The notes: a model not told the origin generated them from the letters alone. Shown: positions 1 to 12,785, numbered from the stretch's first letter. The stretch is DNA of 64,000 nucleotides from Deltaproteobacteria bacterium (GCA_016709225.1 JADJEE010000012.1:2051630-2115629), one strand, 5' to 3'. Program-made: numbers and translations.

Positions 1-9
1 GGTGCACGC

Positions 10-993
10 ATGCGTGCGATCGCCATCGGCGGACTCGCAGCGGCCGCAGCCCTGGTGCTGGCCGTCGCAGTGGCGCCACGGCTGCGCGCGTCGGGCTTCG
101 CGGTCGAGCAGGGCGAGTTCCTCGTGCAACAGGACCGCGTGCTCGACGGCAGCAGCGTCGCGCGCGGCGAGTGGGTCGAGGTCGGCGCGAACACGGCCTG
201 CCTGCGGGTCGCGCGGGCACGGGTGTGCGGCGAGCCCGGCACGCGCCTACGCGTGCTCGACGATCGGCGCATCGAGCTCGACCACGGTCGCGTGCAGATC
301 GACGCAGCGATCGCGGTCGAGACCACCCGCGGGGTCGTCGAGGGCCGCGACGACGGCCTCGTCATCGCGCTCGACGGTGGCGCGCTGGTGCTCGGCGAGT
401 TTGCGGCGACGCTCTCGCAGGGCTCGCAGCGCATCGAGCTGGCCCCCGGCACCACGTTGGCGGCCGAGCCCGAGCCGGGCGCGACGACGCTCGCACGACG
501 CCCTGCGACGGACACCAGCGCCGACGAGCCGGCGATCACGTTGCTCGACGACACCGCGAGCAGCGAGACCCGACCCACGCCGCGCAAGCCCAGCTCGCGG
601 GACTCCGCGCGCGCACCGGCGATTCCGTCGGCGGGCGACATGCTGGCGGCCGCGCGCGAGCTGGCCGCCAAGGGCGAGCTGGCAGCGGCGGCGAGCGCCT
701 ACCAGAAGCTCGTGACGACGTACCCCAGCGCGGGTGAGTCCCGCGCCGCGCTGGTCTCGCTCGGTCGCGTGCAGGCCTCGCGCGGGCGCCACAGCGCTGC
801 GCTCGCAGCCTTCGAGCGCTACCTCGCCGACGGCGGTGGGGCGCTGGCCGAGGAGGCGCAGTACGGTCGCATCCAGGCGCTGCACGCCCTCGGCCGGGTG
901 GCCGCCCGCGATCGTGCGATCGACGAGCTCGCGCGCGAGCACCCCCGCAGCGTGTATCTCACCAAGGCCCGCGCCCTCGCGACGCCGAGGTGA
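10..993 (+). CDS. FecR-like domain protein with C-terminal TPR region (N-terminus may lie upstream of the window)
   Basis: ORF 10..993. It has an N-terminal hydrophobic segment, a FecR-like core (GEWVEVGANTACLRV...RVLDDRRIELDHGRVQIDA) and TPR-like C-terminal text (AYQKLVTTYPSAGESRAALVSLGRV). The amino acid composition is protein-like, unlike the overlapping R-rich frames. Confidence 0.6.
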   Translation: MRAIAIGGLAAAAALVLAVAVAPRLRASGFAVEQGEFLVQQDRVLDGSSVARGEWVEVGANTACLRVARARVCGEPGTRLRVLDDRRIELDHGRVQIDAAIAVETTRGVVEGRDDGLVIALDGGALVLGEFAATLSQGSQRIELAPGTTLAAEPEPGATTLARRPATDTSADEPAITLLDDTASSETRPTPRKPSSRDSARAPAIPSAGDMLAAARELAAKGELAAAASAYQKLVTTYPSAGESRAALVSLGRVQASRGRHSAALAAFERYLADGGGALAEEAQYGRIQALHALGRVAARDRAIDELAREHPRSVYLTKARALATPR

Positions 994-1046
994 GGCGAAC
1001 GCGGGCCCCAGCCCGCGCGGCCCGTCACAATCAATGTGTCGAGGTA

Positions 1047-1847
1047 CTAGTTGGCGCAGACCTCGAGCTCGTCGACCATCATGGTCGTCGGCGTCGGGTT
1101 GTCGGCGTAGGTCTGCGCCATCACCAACGCCGCGGCATCGACGAGATCGCCGAGCATGTCCGCCTGCGTGATGCTGGTGTACGTCACGCCGTCGTCGGAG
1201 GTCTCGAAGTGCACGACGGTGCCGTCGGCGCGCAGCCCGATGTACGCGGGGTACGGCGCCACCGGGAACGCCTCGTGATAGATCGAGACCTCGGCCTCGC
1301 TGGCGTCGGTGATGACCTCGCCGCCGCTCAGCTCGATCGAGATCGACCGCACGTCGTTGAGCACGGTGAGGAAGAGCAGCTCGGGCCGCGTGGGATCCGG
1401 CGGCGTCACCACGCGCATTCGCACGGTCGCGTTGCTGAACGGGAACACGTGATCGAACGCGCTGACGATGCCGGTGTCGAACACGCCGGTGGTCGGCGGC
1501 CGCAGCTTGAGCACGCCTGCGGCTTCGAGCAGCTCGGCATCCGGCTCCTGCCACGTGTTCCACATCGCGTCGATCACGTCGTTCTCGAAATCGTCGCGGT
1601 AGCAACCCGGCGGCATGAAGCCACCGCCATCGAGCGCGGTGGTGCTGCCGTCCGCGCTCCCGGTGCCGGTGCCGTTGCTGCCCTCGCTGCTGCTAGCGCC
1701 GTCGCTGCTCCCGCCGCTCGTCGGTGAGAAGGTCGCGACGCTGGTCGGGCCCATCGAGGTCCCGCTCTCGAACGCACCCACGACCTCGTCGCCGCACCCG
1801 CAGGTCAGCGCAGCGACGACGAGCAACGCGATCCGGGTGCGAGGCAC
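1047..1847 (-). CDS. hypothetical lipoprotein
   Basis: Only the C-terminal two thirds of ORF 1047..2243(-) looks like protein. A GTG at 1847 gives VPRTRIALLVVAALTCGCGDE with an LTCGC lipobox, followed by a Ser/Gly/Thr linker and a well-composed domain (F/Y/N/T-rich). The opposing plus ORF 990..1727 is R/H/V-rich antisense junk. Confidence 0.6.
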   Translation of the reverse strand: MPRTRIALLVVAALTCGCGDEVVGAFESGTSMGPTSVATFSPTSGGSSDGASSSEGSNGTGTGSADGSTTALDGGGFMPPGCYRDDFENDVIDAMWNTWQEPDAELLEAAGVLKLRPPTTGVFDTGIVSAFDHVFPFSNATVRMRVVTPPDPTRPELLFLTVLNDVRSISIELSGGEVITDASEAEVSIYHEAFPVAPYPAYIGLRADGTVVHFETSDDGVTYTSITQADMLGDLVDAAALVMAQTYADNPTPTTMMVDELEVCAN

Positions 1848-1969
1848 GGGAGCCCACAGCGTAGACGCATCGGCCGGTGGAGCCAATCCGCGATCACCAA
1901 AACCCTCGCCCGGCCGTGGAACCAAACCCGCCGCACCGTGTCCTTGACCGCCACCGGAGCGACGACGTG

Positions 1970-4006
1970 ATGCGCAGACCCGAAGATTTCGCCGACGACG
2001 ACACGGTGCACGGCCAGCCCCAACGCGCGATGGGGCGCGCCAGGACGTGGGGGGTCGCAGCCATGGCCAGCACCGCCGTGCTCGCCGCTGGGGTCTTGGG
2101 TTGGATTGCCGTGCATGATGCGTCGCCGAGCGCGAGCGAGGGCACCGCGAGCGCGCAGGCCGACGTGGTCGTCGAAGCGATCGATGCATCGCACGCCCCG
2201 CAGGGCGCGAGTCCGCCCACCGCCGAGCCCGCGATCCCGGCACTGCGCGATGCGCCCTCGGGCATCCTCGGCGTCACGACGCAGGAGTCCGGCCACTTCC
2301 TCGCGAGCCCCCACGGCGGCGCGTTCGCGACCGGCAACGACGACGAGGACGTGTGGGGCGGGCTGAGCGGTACCGAGATCGGTGAGGCCGCAGGCGTCGG
2401 TGGGCTCGGGCTGCGCGGCAACGGGCGCGGTGGTGGTGGCAGCGGCGAGGGCACGATCGGACTCGGCACCACCGGTCTCATCGGCCATGGCGGCGGCGGC
2501 GGTACCGGGCAGGGCTTCGGGGGTCGCGGGGGGCATCGTGTCAGCCGCGACTCATGGCGCGAGGCCGCCATCGCGCAGCGACCCGAGTCCGACAGCGGCG
2601 ACGACTACGCCACGATCACCGAGCAGCAGTTCGTCCGCGTCGGCGACGACGCGCAGTCGACCTTCGGCATCGACGTCGACACCGCGTCGTACAGCAACGT
2701 GCGGCGCTTCCTCGAGCACGGTCAGCTACCACCGGCCGATGCCGTGCGCGTCGAGGAGCTGATCAACTACTTCCACTACGATCTCGAGCCACCCACCGAC
2801 GGCCGACCGTTCGCGCTGGAGAGCGAAGTCGCCGACTGTCCTTGGGATCGAACCCACAAGCTGGTACGGGTCGCGCTCGCTGGCGAGGGCTTCAACCACG
2901 AAGATCTGCCGGCGCGCAACTTCGTGTTCCTCCTCGACGTGTCGGGCTCGATGCAGGCACCCGATCGTCTGCCGTTGCTGCGCGAGTCGCTGTCACTGCT
3001 GGCCGACCGCATGCGCCCGCAGGACCGCATCGCGATCGTGGTCTACGCCGGCGCATCGGGGATCGTGCTCGACTCGACGCCGGGCTCCCAGAAGGGTCGC
3101 GTCCGCGCAGCGCTGCAGGAGCTCGAGGCCGGCGGCAGCACCAACGGCGGTGCTGGCATCGAGCTGGCGTACCGCCTCGCGCAGCGGCACTTCATCGAGG
3201 GCGGCAGCAACCGCGTCATCCTCGCCACCGATGGCGACTTCAACGTCGGCATCTCAAACCGCGGCAAGCTCACGCGGCTGATCGAGAAGAAGCGCGAGTC
3301 GGGCGTGTTCCTGTCGGTGCTCGGGGTCGGCCGCGGCAACCTCAAGGATGCGACCATGGAGTCGCTCGCCGACAAGGGCAACGGCAACTACGCCTATCTC
3401 GACTCGCTGTCCGAGGCCCGCAAGGTGCTCGTCGAGGGTGGCGCGGCCAACCTCGTCACCATCGCCAAGGACGTGAAGATCCAGGTCGAGTTCGATGCCA
3501 CCGAGGTCGAGAGCTGGCGCCTCATCGGCTACGAGAACCGCAAGCTCGCCCATGCCGACTTCGCCGACGACCGCAAGGACGCCGGCGAGATCGGAGCCGG
3601 TCACAGCGTCACCGCGCTGTACGAGATCGTGCCCAAGACCGGTGAGTCGGTCGGCAGTGGATCGGTCATGAAGGTGTCCGTGCGCTACAAGCGACCCAAC
3701 GAGGAGACCAGCGCGCTGTTCAGCCGCGAGGTCACCGCCGACGCGCGCTCGATGGCCGCCGCCTCGCCGGACTTCCGCTTCGCGGCCGCGGTGGCGCAGT
3801 TCGGCATGCTCCTGCGCGACTCGGACCTTCGCGGCGAGGCGACCTGGGAGAGCACACTGACGCTCGCGCGCGGCGCTACGGACGACGGCGACGGCTGTCT
3901 GCGCGAGGAGTTCATGCAGCTCGTCGCCCGTGCCGCCGAGCTCTCGAGCGCGCCGCTGCGCAAGCCGCCGGCGCGCTCGCGCTGCGAGCTCACCGCGCGC
4001 GGATGA
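1970..4006 (+). CDS. von Willebrand factor type A domain protein, YfbK-like (VWA + DUF3520-like C-terminus), N-terminal TM anchor
   Basis: FVFLLDVSGSM is the VWA MIDAS motif, with downstream ILATDGDFNVG and a C-terminal region typical of YfbK-family proteins (KIQVEFDATEVESWRLIGYEN...ALYEIVPK). The start is placed at MRRPEDF (1970) before a TM helix; 2027 is an alternative. Confidence 0.75.
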   Translation: MRRPEDFADDDTVHGQPQRAMGRARTWGVAAMASTAVLAAGVLGWIAVHDASPSASEGTASAQADVVVEAIDASHAPQGASPPTAEPAIPALRDAPSGILGVTTQESGHFLASPHGGAFATGNDDEDVWGGLSGTEIGEAAGVGGLGLRGNGRGGGGSGEGTIGLGTTGLIGHGGGGGTGQGFGGRGGHRVSRDSWREAAIAQRPESDSGDDYATITEQQFVRVGDDAQSTFGIDVDTASYSNVRRFLEHGQLPPADAVRVEELINYFHYDLEPPTDGRPFALESEVADCPWDRTHKLVRVALAGEGFNHEDLPARNFVFLLDVSGSMQAPDRLPLLRESLSLLADRMRPQDRIAIVVYAGASGIVLDSTPGSQKGRVRAALQELEAGGSTNGGAGIELAYRLAQRHFIEGGSNRVILATDGDFNVGISNRGKLTRLIEKKRESGVFLSVLGVGRGNLKDATMESLADKGNGNYAYLDSLSEARKVLVEGGAANLVTIAKDVKIQVEFDATEVESWRLIGYENRKLAHADFADDRKDAGEIGAGHSVTALYEIVPKTGESVGSGSVMKVSVRYKRPNEETSALFSREVTADARSMAAASPDFRFAAAVAQFGMLLRDSDLRGEATWESTLTLARGATDDGDGCLREEFMQLVARAAELSSAPLRKPPARSRCELTARG

Positions 4007-4064
4007 GCCCGCCGCGCTCGTCCGTCGAGCACGAGCCCGCGCGACATGTGCTCGCTGGGGCGCG

Positions 4065-6653
<2,589 letters not shown>

Positions 6654-6874
6654 CGTAGCAGCGGCCTCGCGCGCCCGGGCGCGAGTGGGCCACGACGACG
6701 CAACCGTCCGCCACATTGGGCAAGTTGCCCAGCGATACCGAAGGCGAACGTAACCGCGACCGCAGTCGTCTCCGTTTGCCTGCCGTGCCCACGCACGCAC
6801 CTGCCACCGCCCGCGCAGCGGCGGCGGCGAGCACTGCTGCTAGCCTCCAGGCCGCACCCCGGATCCCCAAGACG

Positions 6875-8191
6875 ATGAGTGACGATCGCGAAGTACCCAC
6901 CGGCCGCCTGGCCCGCCTCGGCCGGCTGGTGAGCGTCGGCGCCCGTACCGGCGCCAGCCTGCTGCTGTCGAGCGACGGCAAGGGTGCCGCCGAGCACGCC
7001 GCCGCAGTGCTGGGATCGCTGCGTGGCCTCGCGGCCAAGGTCGGACAGATGGCGAGCTACGTCGATGGCTTCGTGCCCGACGACCACCGCGCGTCCTACG
7101 AGCGCGCGATGGGTACGTTGTTGGCCGCCGCGCCACACTCGTCACCGGCGGCGATCCGCGCGGTGGTGGAGCGCGAGCTCGGCGCGCCGATCGATCAGCT
7201 CTTCACGACCTGGGAGGACGAACCCATGGCGAGTGCGTCGATCGGCCAGGTCCATCGCGCGACGCTGAAGGGCGGCGAAGAGGTGGCCGTCAAGGTGCAG
7301 CATCCCGGCATCGACCGCGCAATCGAGTCGGACTTGCGCAACGCCGGCATCATCGAGGGCCTGGTCGGCACGCTCGGCCCCAAGACGCTCAACACCAAGG
7401 AGGTCTTCGCGATCATCGCGGAGCGCTTCCGCGAAGAGCTCGACTACACGCTCGAGGCCGAACGGCAGGAGCAGTTCGCCCGCATGCACGCCGGCGACCC
7501 CGACGTGCGCATCCCCAAGGTCTACCGTGAGCGCAGCACCCGACGCGTCTTGACCACCGCGCTCGCGCGGGGCTTCGGCATCGACGAGGCCGCCGCACGC
7601 AGCGAGGACGACCGCCGCCACTTCGCCGAGGTGCTGTGGCGGTTCGTGTTCCGCGGCAACCTCGTGGGGCAGATGTTCAATGCCGATCCTCACCCCGGCA
7701 ACTACATCTTCCACGACGACGGCACGATCACCTTCCTCGACTTCGGCTGCGTACAGCCGCTGTTCGACCCCGAGCTGAGCCTCGCACGCTCGGCCCACCG
7801 CGCCGCGCTCGCGCGCGACGAGGCCAGCTTCCGCCGCTGCATCGCGGCGATGCTCGCGACCAAGGGCGGCGCCTTCGAGGCGGCCGTGCTCGAGTACGTG
7901 CGGCGCTGCTTCGCACCGCTGTTCGAGGCGCCGTTTCGCATCGATCGCGCGTACGCGGCAGAGGTCGTGCGCGGCATCCAAGACCTCAAGCGCTTCGTGC
8001 TCAAGCGCGACAAGAGCTTCACCTCGCTGCCGCCCGGCCTGGTGTTCATGAATCGGCTGCAGTTCGGGTTCTACTCGGTGCTGGCGCGGTTCGACGTCGC
8101 GGTCGACTACGCCGAGATCGAGCGCGGCGTGCTGGGGGCCGCGGACCTCCTCGACGGCCCTCGCGTGCCGCCGACGCACGCGACCCCGTGA
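6875..8191 (+). CDS. ABC1/UbiB-family atypical kinase (ADCK-like)
   Basis: Carries the ABC1 signature ASIGQVHRATLKGGEEVAVKVQHPGI and ...PHPGNYIF...TFLDFG. The start is chosen at MSDDREVPTGRLARLG. Confidence 0.8.
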   Translation: MSDDREVPTGRLARLGRLVSVGARTGASLLLSSDGKGAAEHAAAVLGSLRGLAAKVGQMASYVDGFVPDDHRASYERAMGTLLAAAPHSSPAAIRAVVERELGAPIDQLFTTWEDEPMASASIGQVHRATLKGGEEVAVKVQHPGIDRAIESDLRNAGIIEGLVGTLGPKTLNTKEVFAIIAERFREELDYTLEAERQEQFARMHAGDPDVRIPKVYRERSTRRVLTTALARGFGIDEAAARSEDDRRHFAEVLWRFVFRGNLVGQMFNADPHPGNYIFHDDGTITFLDFGCVQPLFDPELSLARSAHRAALARDEASFRRCIAAMLATKGGAFEAAVLEYVRRCFAPLFEAPFRIDRAYAAEVVRGIQDLKRFVLKRDKSFTSLPPGLVFMNRLQFGFYSVLARFDVAVDYAEIERGVLGAADLLDGPRVPPTHATP

Positions 8192-8268
8192 GCTAGCGCG
8201 CGCTCGTCCTCCGTCGATTTTGCCGCACCGCAGGTGATCGCGCCGCGGTCCCCCGGCACTCTCGGGGC

Positions 8269-8817
8269 ATGGTGATGCGCGGTTGGGTTGCATGGGTGGT
8301 GGTGGTGGCGAGCGGCGCGGGGCTGGCCGGCGGTTGCACGTTCCAGGACGACAGCTGCGCGGATGGCTTCCGCTGCGCGAGGATTCCCGATGGTTCGAGC
8401 TCGTCCAGCGACGGCGACTCGCAGGCCTCGGACTCGGGTGCTTCGTCCGGGGCCGACACGGCCTCCGGCTCGAGCTCGAGTGGCGACTCGGCGGCCGACA
8501 GCGGCACCGATACCGCGCCCGACTGCGAGGCGACCGATCCCAAGCCGGTGCTGAAGTTCGAGAATCGCACCGGCAACACCGTCGAGACCTTCGCCTTCGT
8601 GGCCTGCGACGGCACCATGCCCAGCGAGTTTCCACTACAGCCACCGGGCCTGCCGACGGATCAGGACGTCGAGGTGCCGCTGCCGGGCCCGGGTTGCTGG
8701 CTGATGAGCTACTCCGGCGACGGCTGCACCTCGGAGATGCCGTTCGAGGCCACGGTGTGCGCGGGCGAGACCGTCGTGTGGACCGCCGACGACGTGAACC
8801 ACGTGTGCATCGGATAG
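8269..8817 (+). CDS. hypothetical lipoprotein (Ser/Asp-rich linker, Cys-containing C-terminal domain)
   Basis: Signal peptide with an LAGGC lipobox, an SSSSDGDSQASDSGASSG linker, and a compact C-terminal domain containing F/W/N/T residues. Confidence 0.6.
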   Translation: MVMRGWVAWVVVVASGAGLAGGCTFQDDSCADGFRCARIPDGSSSSSDGDSQASDSGASSGADTASGSSSSGDSAADSGTDTAPDCEATDPKPVLKFENRTGNTVETFAFVACDGTMPSEFPLQPPGLPTDQDVEVPLPGPGCWLMSYSGDGCTSEMPFEATVCAGETVVWTADDVNHVCIG

Positions 8818-8857
8818 TCCCGGGGCTCGCCCTCGCGGGCGGCCGCGCGCGAAGGCG

Positions 8858-9442
8858 GTGATTCCCTTCCGGACCGCAAGGCGCGATGCTCCGGCGGAAC
8901 GTCCCTTGTCGACGCGCACCATCGGTCTGGTCGCCCTCACCTGCCTCGCCCTCGGCGGCGCGGTGGCGTGGTACGCGGCCCGCACCGACGGCGCGCACGC
9001 GCCGGTGTCGGTCGTCGTGCCCGACGACGACGACGCCGACGACACCGACGCGGACGACGACGGGGAGAAGGCCGCCATGCAAGCCAAGGCGAAGATCTGC
9101 AAGAAGCTCGCGTGCACCGACTCGCAGCGCGGCGAGCTCGGTACCCTCATCCGAGTCTTTCGCGATGACACGCGCGAGCGCCGGGTGGAGCTGAAGAACC
9201 TGCGCGCCAGCGCAGCGCAGGCGTGGGCCTCGGCGACCCCCGACGCCGCCCGCATCGCAGAGATCGAAACCCGCGTGCTCGAGCTCGAGGGCGAGATCGA
9301 GGGCGCTGCCCGCGGCGCGCTGCTCGGCTTCCATCGCGTGCTCGACGACGAACAGCGGCGCAAGCTCTCGCGCTGGCTGCGACGCAAGAGCGCGCGCGAC
9401 CTGCTGCAGGACAAGCGCGTGCGCAGCTCCGAGAGCGAGTGA
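8858..9442 (+). CDS. periplasmic LTXXQ-motif (CpxP/Spy-like, heavy-metal-sensor-like) protein
   Basis: N-terminal TM or signal segment, an acidic linker, and two helical segments with LTXXQ-like motifs (CTDSQRGELGTLIRVF and LDDEQRRKLSRWL). The ORF ends 2 nt before the next gene. Confidence 0.5.
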   Translation: MIPFRTARRDAPAERPLSTRTIGLVALTCLALGGAVAWYAARTDGAHAPVSVVVPDDDDADDTDADDDGEKAAMQAKAKICKKLACTDSQRGELGTLIRVFRDDTRERRVELKNLRASAAQAWASATPDAARIAEIETRVLELEGEIEGAARGALLGFHRVLDDEQRRKLSRWLRRKSARDLLQDKRVRSSESE

Positions 9443-9444
9443 CG

Positions 9445-11208
9445 ATGGCAGCGATCTGTGGCTACGTCGGTCGCGGCGACGAGGCGCTGCTGCTGCGCCA
9501 GCTGGGACTGCTGCGCCATCGCGGCGCGCACGCGCACGCGACCCGCATCGGTCCCGCCGGTGGTCTCGCCGTCGCTTCGCCGCCGGGGCGCGTCGCCGCG
9601 GTGGGCAGCAGCCGCGACGCCAAGGTGCACTGCGTGCTCGACGGCGCGTTGTTCGAGCACGCCGCGCTCGCCAGCCAGCTGGGCCTACCGGCCACCGCCA
9701 GCGCGGCCGAGCTGGTCGCGGAGCTGCTGGCGACCAAGGGCCCCGCGGCGCTCGGACAGCTCGACGGTGCCTACGCCGTCGCCGCGCTGTTCGAGGACCA
9801 CGTGCTGCTCGCCCGCGATCCGCTGGGTGAGAAGCCCATCTACTACGCGACCCTACCCGATGGCCGCTTCGCGTTCGCCTCCGAGATCAAGGCGTTCCTC
9901 GCCGATCCGGCGTTCGTGGTGAAGCCCCACGAGCCTTCGCTGGTGTCGCTGTTGGTGTTCTCGTTCATCCCGGGCGAACGCAGCATGTTCGACGACGTGT
10001 TCGAGCTGCAGCCGGGCTGCCACATCGAGCTCGGCGCTCGCGGGGCCTCGCCGCTGGTCTCGCACTGGCAGCTGCACGAGCAGGTCGAAGACCACGAGCT
10101 GCCCTACTTCACCGCCGAGATCGAGCGGCTGTGCATCGATGCGGTCGATCGCCGCATTCCCGCCGACGGCCGCGTGACCGCGACGCTCTCCGGTGGGGTC
10201 GACTCGTCGGCAGTGGTCGCCCTGCTGGCGCGCCGGGGCTGCAAGCCGGTGTGTTTCTCGGCTGCCTTCGGCGACGGACAGCCCAACGAGCTCGGCTACG
10301 CGCGACTGGTCGCGGAGCACTGCAAGGTCGAGCACCGCGTCATCGACGTCGAGCCGGAGGGCTTCCTCGACCTGCTGCCGCGGGTGATGTGGAACCTCGA
10401 CGATCCGCTGTGCGATTGCATCACCGTGCCCAACTACTTGCTGGCACAGGCGGCCGCCCAGGAGGCGCCGGTGGTGTTCAACGGCGAGGGCGGCGATCCG
10501 CTCTTCGGCGGGCCGAAGAACAAGTTCCTCATCCTCGGCGAGTGGTACCGCGCCTACGGCGGCTATGACCGCGCGCGGGCCTACCTGGCCTCGTACCACA
10601 AGTTCTTCGAGCACGCCCACGAGCTGTGCACGCCCGAGCTCATGGCGCGCAGTGGCGGCACCGAGGCGCTGTGCGACTACGTGCGGCCACTGCTCGAGGA
10701 CGAGCGCATGGGCAACTTCCTCAACCGCCTGATGCACCTCAACATCAAGCTCAAGGGCGGCCAGAACATCCTCGTGAAGGTCGACAAGATGCTGTCGGCC
10801 AACGGCGTCGAGCCGGCCTCGCCGCTGTTCGATCGCAGGTTGGCGGAGTTCTCGTTCAAGATCCCACCGGTGCTCAAGCGCCGCGGCGATGTCGAGAAGT
10901 TCGCCTTCAAGAAGGCCATCGAGCACCTGCTGCCGCACCCCGTCGTCTATCGCAAGAAGTCCGGCATGGGTGTGCCGCTCAACCACTGGTTCCGTCGCGA
11001 GCCGCTGCGCAGCTACACCCGCGACGTGCTGCTGTCGTCGCACGCGCGTGGGCGCGGCTACTTCGACATGCGCTTCGTCGAGCGCCTGGTCGCCGGCAAG
11101 GCCCCGCACACCATGGTCGGCCGCGATCGCACCGGCGAGCTGCTGTGGATGCTGCTGGCGATCGAGCTGTGGCACCGCGTCTTCGTCGACGGTGAGGGAC
11201 GACCATGA
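9445..11208 (+). CDS. asparagine synthetase (AsnB) family protein, non-canonical N-terminus
   Basis: PP-loop SGGVDSS, a C-terminal synthetase domain and an N-terminal glutaminase-like domain (LLRHRG). The ATG at 9445 gives MAAICGYVG, so the Cys is at position 5 rather than the canonical MCGI. Confidence 0.8.
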   Translation: MAAICGYVGRGDEALLLRQLGLLRHRGAHAHATRIGPAGGLAVASPPGRVAAVGSSRDAKVHCVLDGALFEHAALASQLGLPATASAAELVAELLATKGPAALGQLDGAYAVAALFEDHVLLARDPLGEKPIYYATLPDGRFAFASEIKAFLADPAFVVKPHEPSLVSLLVFSFIPGERSMFDDVFELQPGCHIELGARGASPLVSHWQLHEQVEDHELPYFTAEIERLCIDAVDRRIPADGRVTATLSGGVDSSAVVALLARRGCKPVCFSAAFGDGQPNELGYARLVAEHCKVEHRVIDVEPEGFLDLLPRVMWNLDDPLCDCITVPNYLLAQAAAQEAPVVFNGEGGDPLFGGPKNKFLILGEWYRAYGGYDRARAYLASYHKFFEHAHELCTPELMARSGGTEALCDYVRPLLEDERMGNFLNRLMHLNIKLKGGQNILVKVDKMLSANGVEPASPLFDRRLAEFSFKIPPVLKRRGDVEKFAFKKAIEHLLPHPVVYRKKSGMGVPLNHWFRREPLRSYTRDVLLSSHARGRGYFDMRFVERLVAGKAPHTMVGRDRTGELLWMLLAIELWHRVFVDGEGRP

Positions 11209-11987
11209 GCGCAGGCTTGCCCAGGGGCGTGGTCGAGTCGGCGGCATCGGCGATGGCGACCACCGCCGGCTTCGTGTTCACGCGCAGCCAGCTGTTCTTC
11301 GAGCTGGTGCGCCGCGGCGCACTCGCCGATCCAGGCGCCGATCTGGACGGCGCGATGCAGGCGTTCGAGTCGCGTCTGGCCGCCTTCGAGCACGACCACG
11401 GCGAGCTCGAAGGGCTCATCCGACCCGAGCGCCTGGTCGATCTCCCGCCGCCGCCCGAGCTGCCACCCGACGTGCTCGACTACACGGTGCGCCGCGTGTT
11501 GGTGTTCGACCGCCTCGACACGTGCCTGTTCTTCGTCTGCAACGGCTTCCACCGGCGCATCGAGGTCGGGCTGGTGGTCTGGCCCGACGGCGCCGCAGAA
11601 CCCGGGGCCGCGGGCTTCCCCTCCCATGTGTGCGACCGCTTGCGCGCCCAGCTCGACGAGGGCCTGCCAACCGACTTCTTCCTCATCGGGGACTGCGGCA
11701 CGGCGGCGCGATCCTGGCGGCAACGCATGCACGCGACCCTCAAGCGGCCCCACGTGCGCGTGCGCGACGCGAGCCTGACATTCCCCTGGGCCTTCCGCCT
11801 GCGCCTGCCGGTGCGCGCCACCGGGCGCGCGCCCGACCCCCACGTCGTCATCCCCGAGGACCACGAATGGCGCGGCCTCTTGATGGTCGGCAGCTACGCG
11901 TCGCTGCAAGAGATGCCGCCGATGCGACTCATGCGATGGGTCTACCGCCGCGTGGCGCGGGGCGCCGAGGACGTCGGCTTCGGCTGA
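11205..11987 (+). CDS. hypothetical protein, translationally coupled to the upstream AsnB-like gene
   Basis: An ATGA start/stop overlap at 11205-11208. The composition is protein-like (W/F/Y/H present). No recognisable domain. Confidence 0.5.
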   Translation: MSAGLPRGVVESAASAMATTAGFVFTRSQLFFELVRRGALADPGADLDGAMQAFESRLAAFEHDHGELEGLIRPERLVDLPPPPELPPDVLDYTVRRVLVFDRLDTCLFFVCNGFHRRIEVGLVVWPDGAAEPGAAGFPSHVCDRLRAQLDEGLPTDFFLIGDCGTAARSWRQRMHATLKRPHVRVRDASLTFPWAFRLRLPVRATGRAPDPHVVIPEDHEWRGLLMVGSYASLQEMPPMRLMRWVYRRVARGAEDVGFG

Positions 11988-12080
11988 CGATCGGCATGAA
12001 ACCGCGCCGTCGCGAGCGGCAGCACACGCGCGCGGGCTTGCCACCGACGCCGTCGCTTTGATAACCAACGACGAACGATC

Positions 12081-12785
12081 ATGCAGCTGCTGCTGGAACC
12101 ACGCGACGGGGACGTCATCGATGCGACCTCGACCATGTACCCCAGCAGGCTCGTGGTCGTGCGCGGACGGCGGGAGCTGGGGCCTTCGACCTCGACCTTC
12201 TTCGGCTACGTGGTCGGCGGCAGCGGGCGCATGAAGGCCGGCAGCTTCGAGCTCTCGCTCGCGCCCGGCACGTTCTTCTGCGCGCCAGGACCGGTGCAGG
12301 TCGAGATCGACGGCATGGCGGTCGCGATCGAGCGGCTCGGCTATCGCGGCCTGCCGACCGCCGGCGTCATCGAGGACACCGGCCGCCTGACGTACATCGA
12401 CGGCTGCTCCGACACCATCCTGGTGTCACCGCCCCGCCAGGGCGATCCGGTGTTCAACTTCCTGCACTTTCCGCCGGGCATCCAACAGACCGTGCACTCG
12501 CATCCGTCGATCCGCCTGGGGGTCGTTGCCCGCGGCGAGGGCCATGCGTTCGGTCCCGCGCGAGCCGACGGTCGCCACGGCGCGCAGTGGCAGCAGCCGC
12601 TGCGGCCCGGGGCGGTGTTCCTGCTGCATCCCCACGAGCTGCACGCGTTTCGCACCACCGGTGACAGCGGCGAGCACGACGGCAACGAGCACGGCATGGA
12701 CGTCATCGCCTACCACCCCGACTCCGACTGGGGCCCGACCGATGGTGTCCACCCGATGTTGAACCGCACCTATCGCGGCACGTGA
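12081..12785 (+). CDS. cupin domain protein (bicupin-like)
   Basis: Cupin metal-site-like motifs HSHPSIRLGVVARGEGHAF ... LLHPHELHAF. Composition is plausible. Confidence 0.55.
   Translation: MQLLLEPRDGDVIDATSTMYPSRLVVVRGRRELGPSTSTFFGYVVGGSGRMKAGSFELSLAPGTFFCAPGPVQVEIDGMAVAIERLGYRGLPTAGVIEDTGRLTYIDGCSDTILVSPPRQGDPVFNFLHFPPGIQQTVHSHPSIRLGVVARGEGHAFGPARADGRHGAQWQQPLRPGAVFLLHPHELHAFRTTGDSGEHDGNEHGMDVIAYHPDSDWGPTDGVHPMLNRTYRGT

Noticed and set aside
7142-9334. 730-aa minus-strand ORF and similar long ORFs (990..1727+, 9853..11247-, 12835..13713-, 13795..14832-, 46556..48250+, 52402..54387+, 52529..55000-, 55149..57899-, 57997..59088-, 62424..63761-)
   Set aside because: Their composition is dominated by R/H/P/G/A/D with almost no F/Y/N/K/I, typical of antisense or out-of-frame readings of 70% GC genes. 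Each overlaps a well-supported gene on the other strand or frame.
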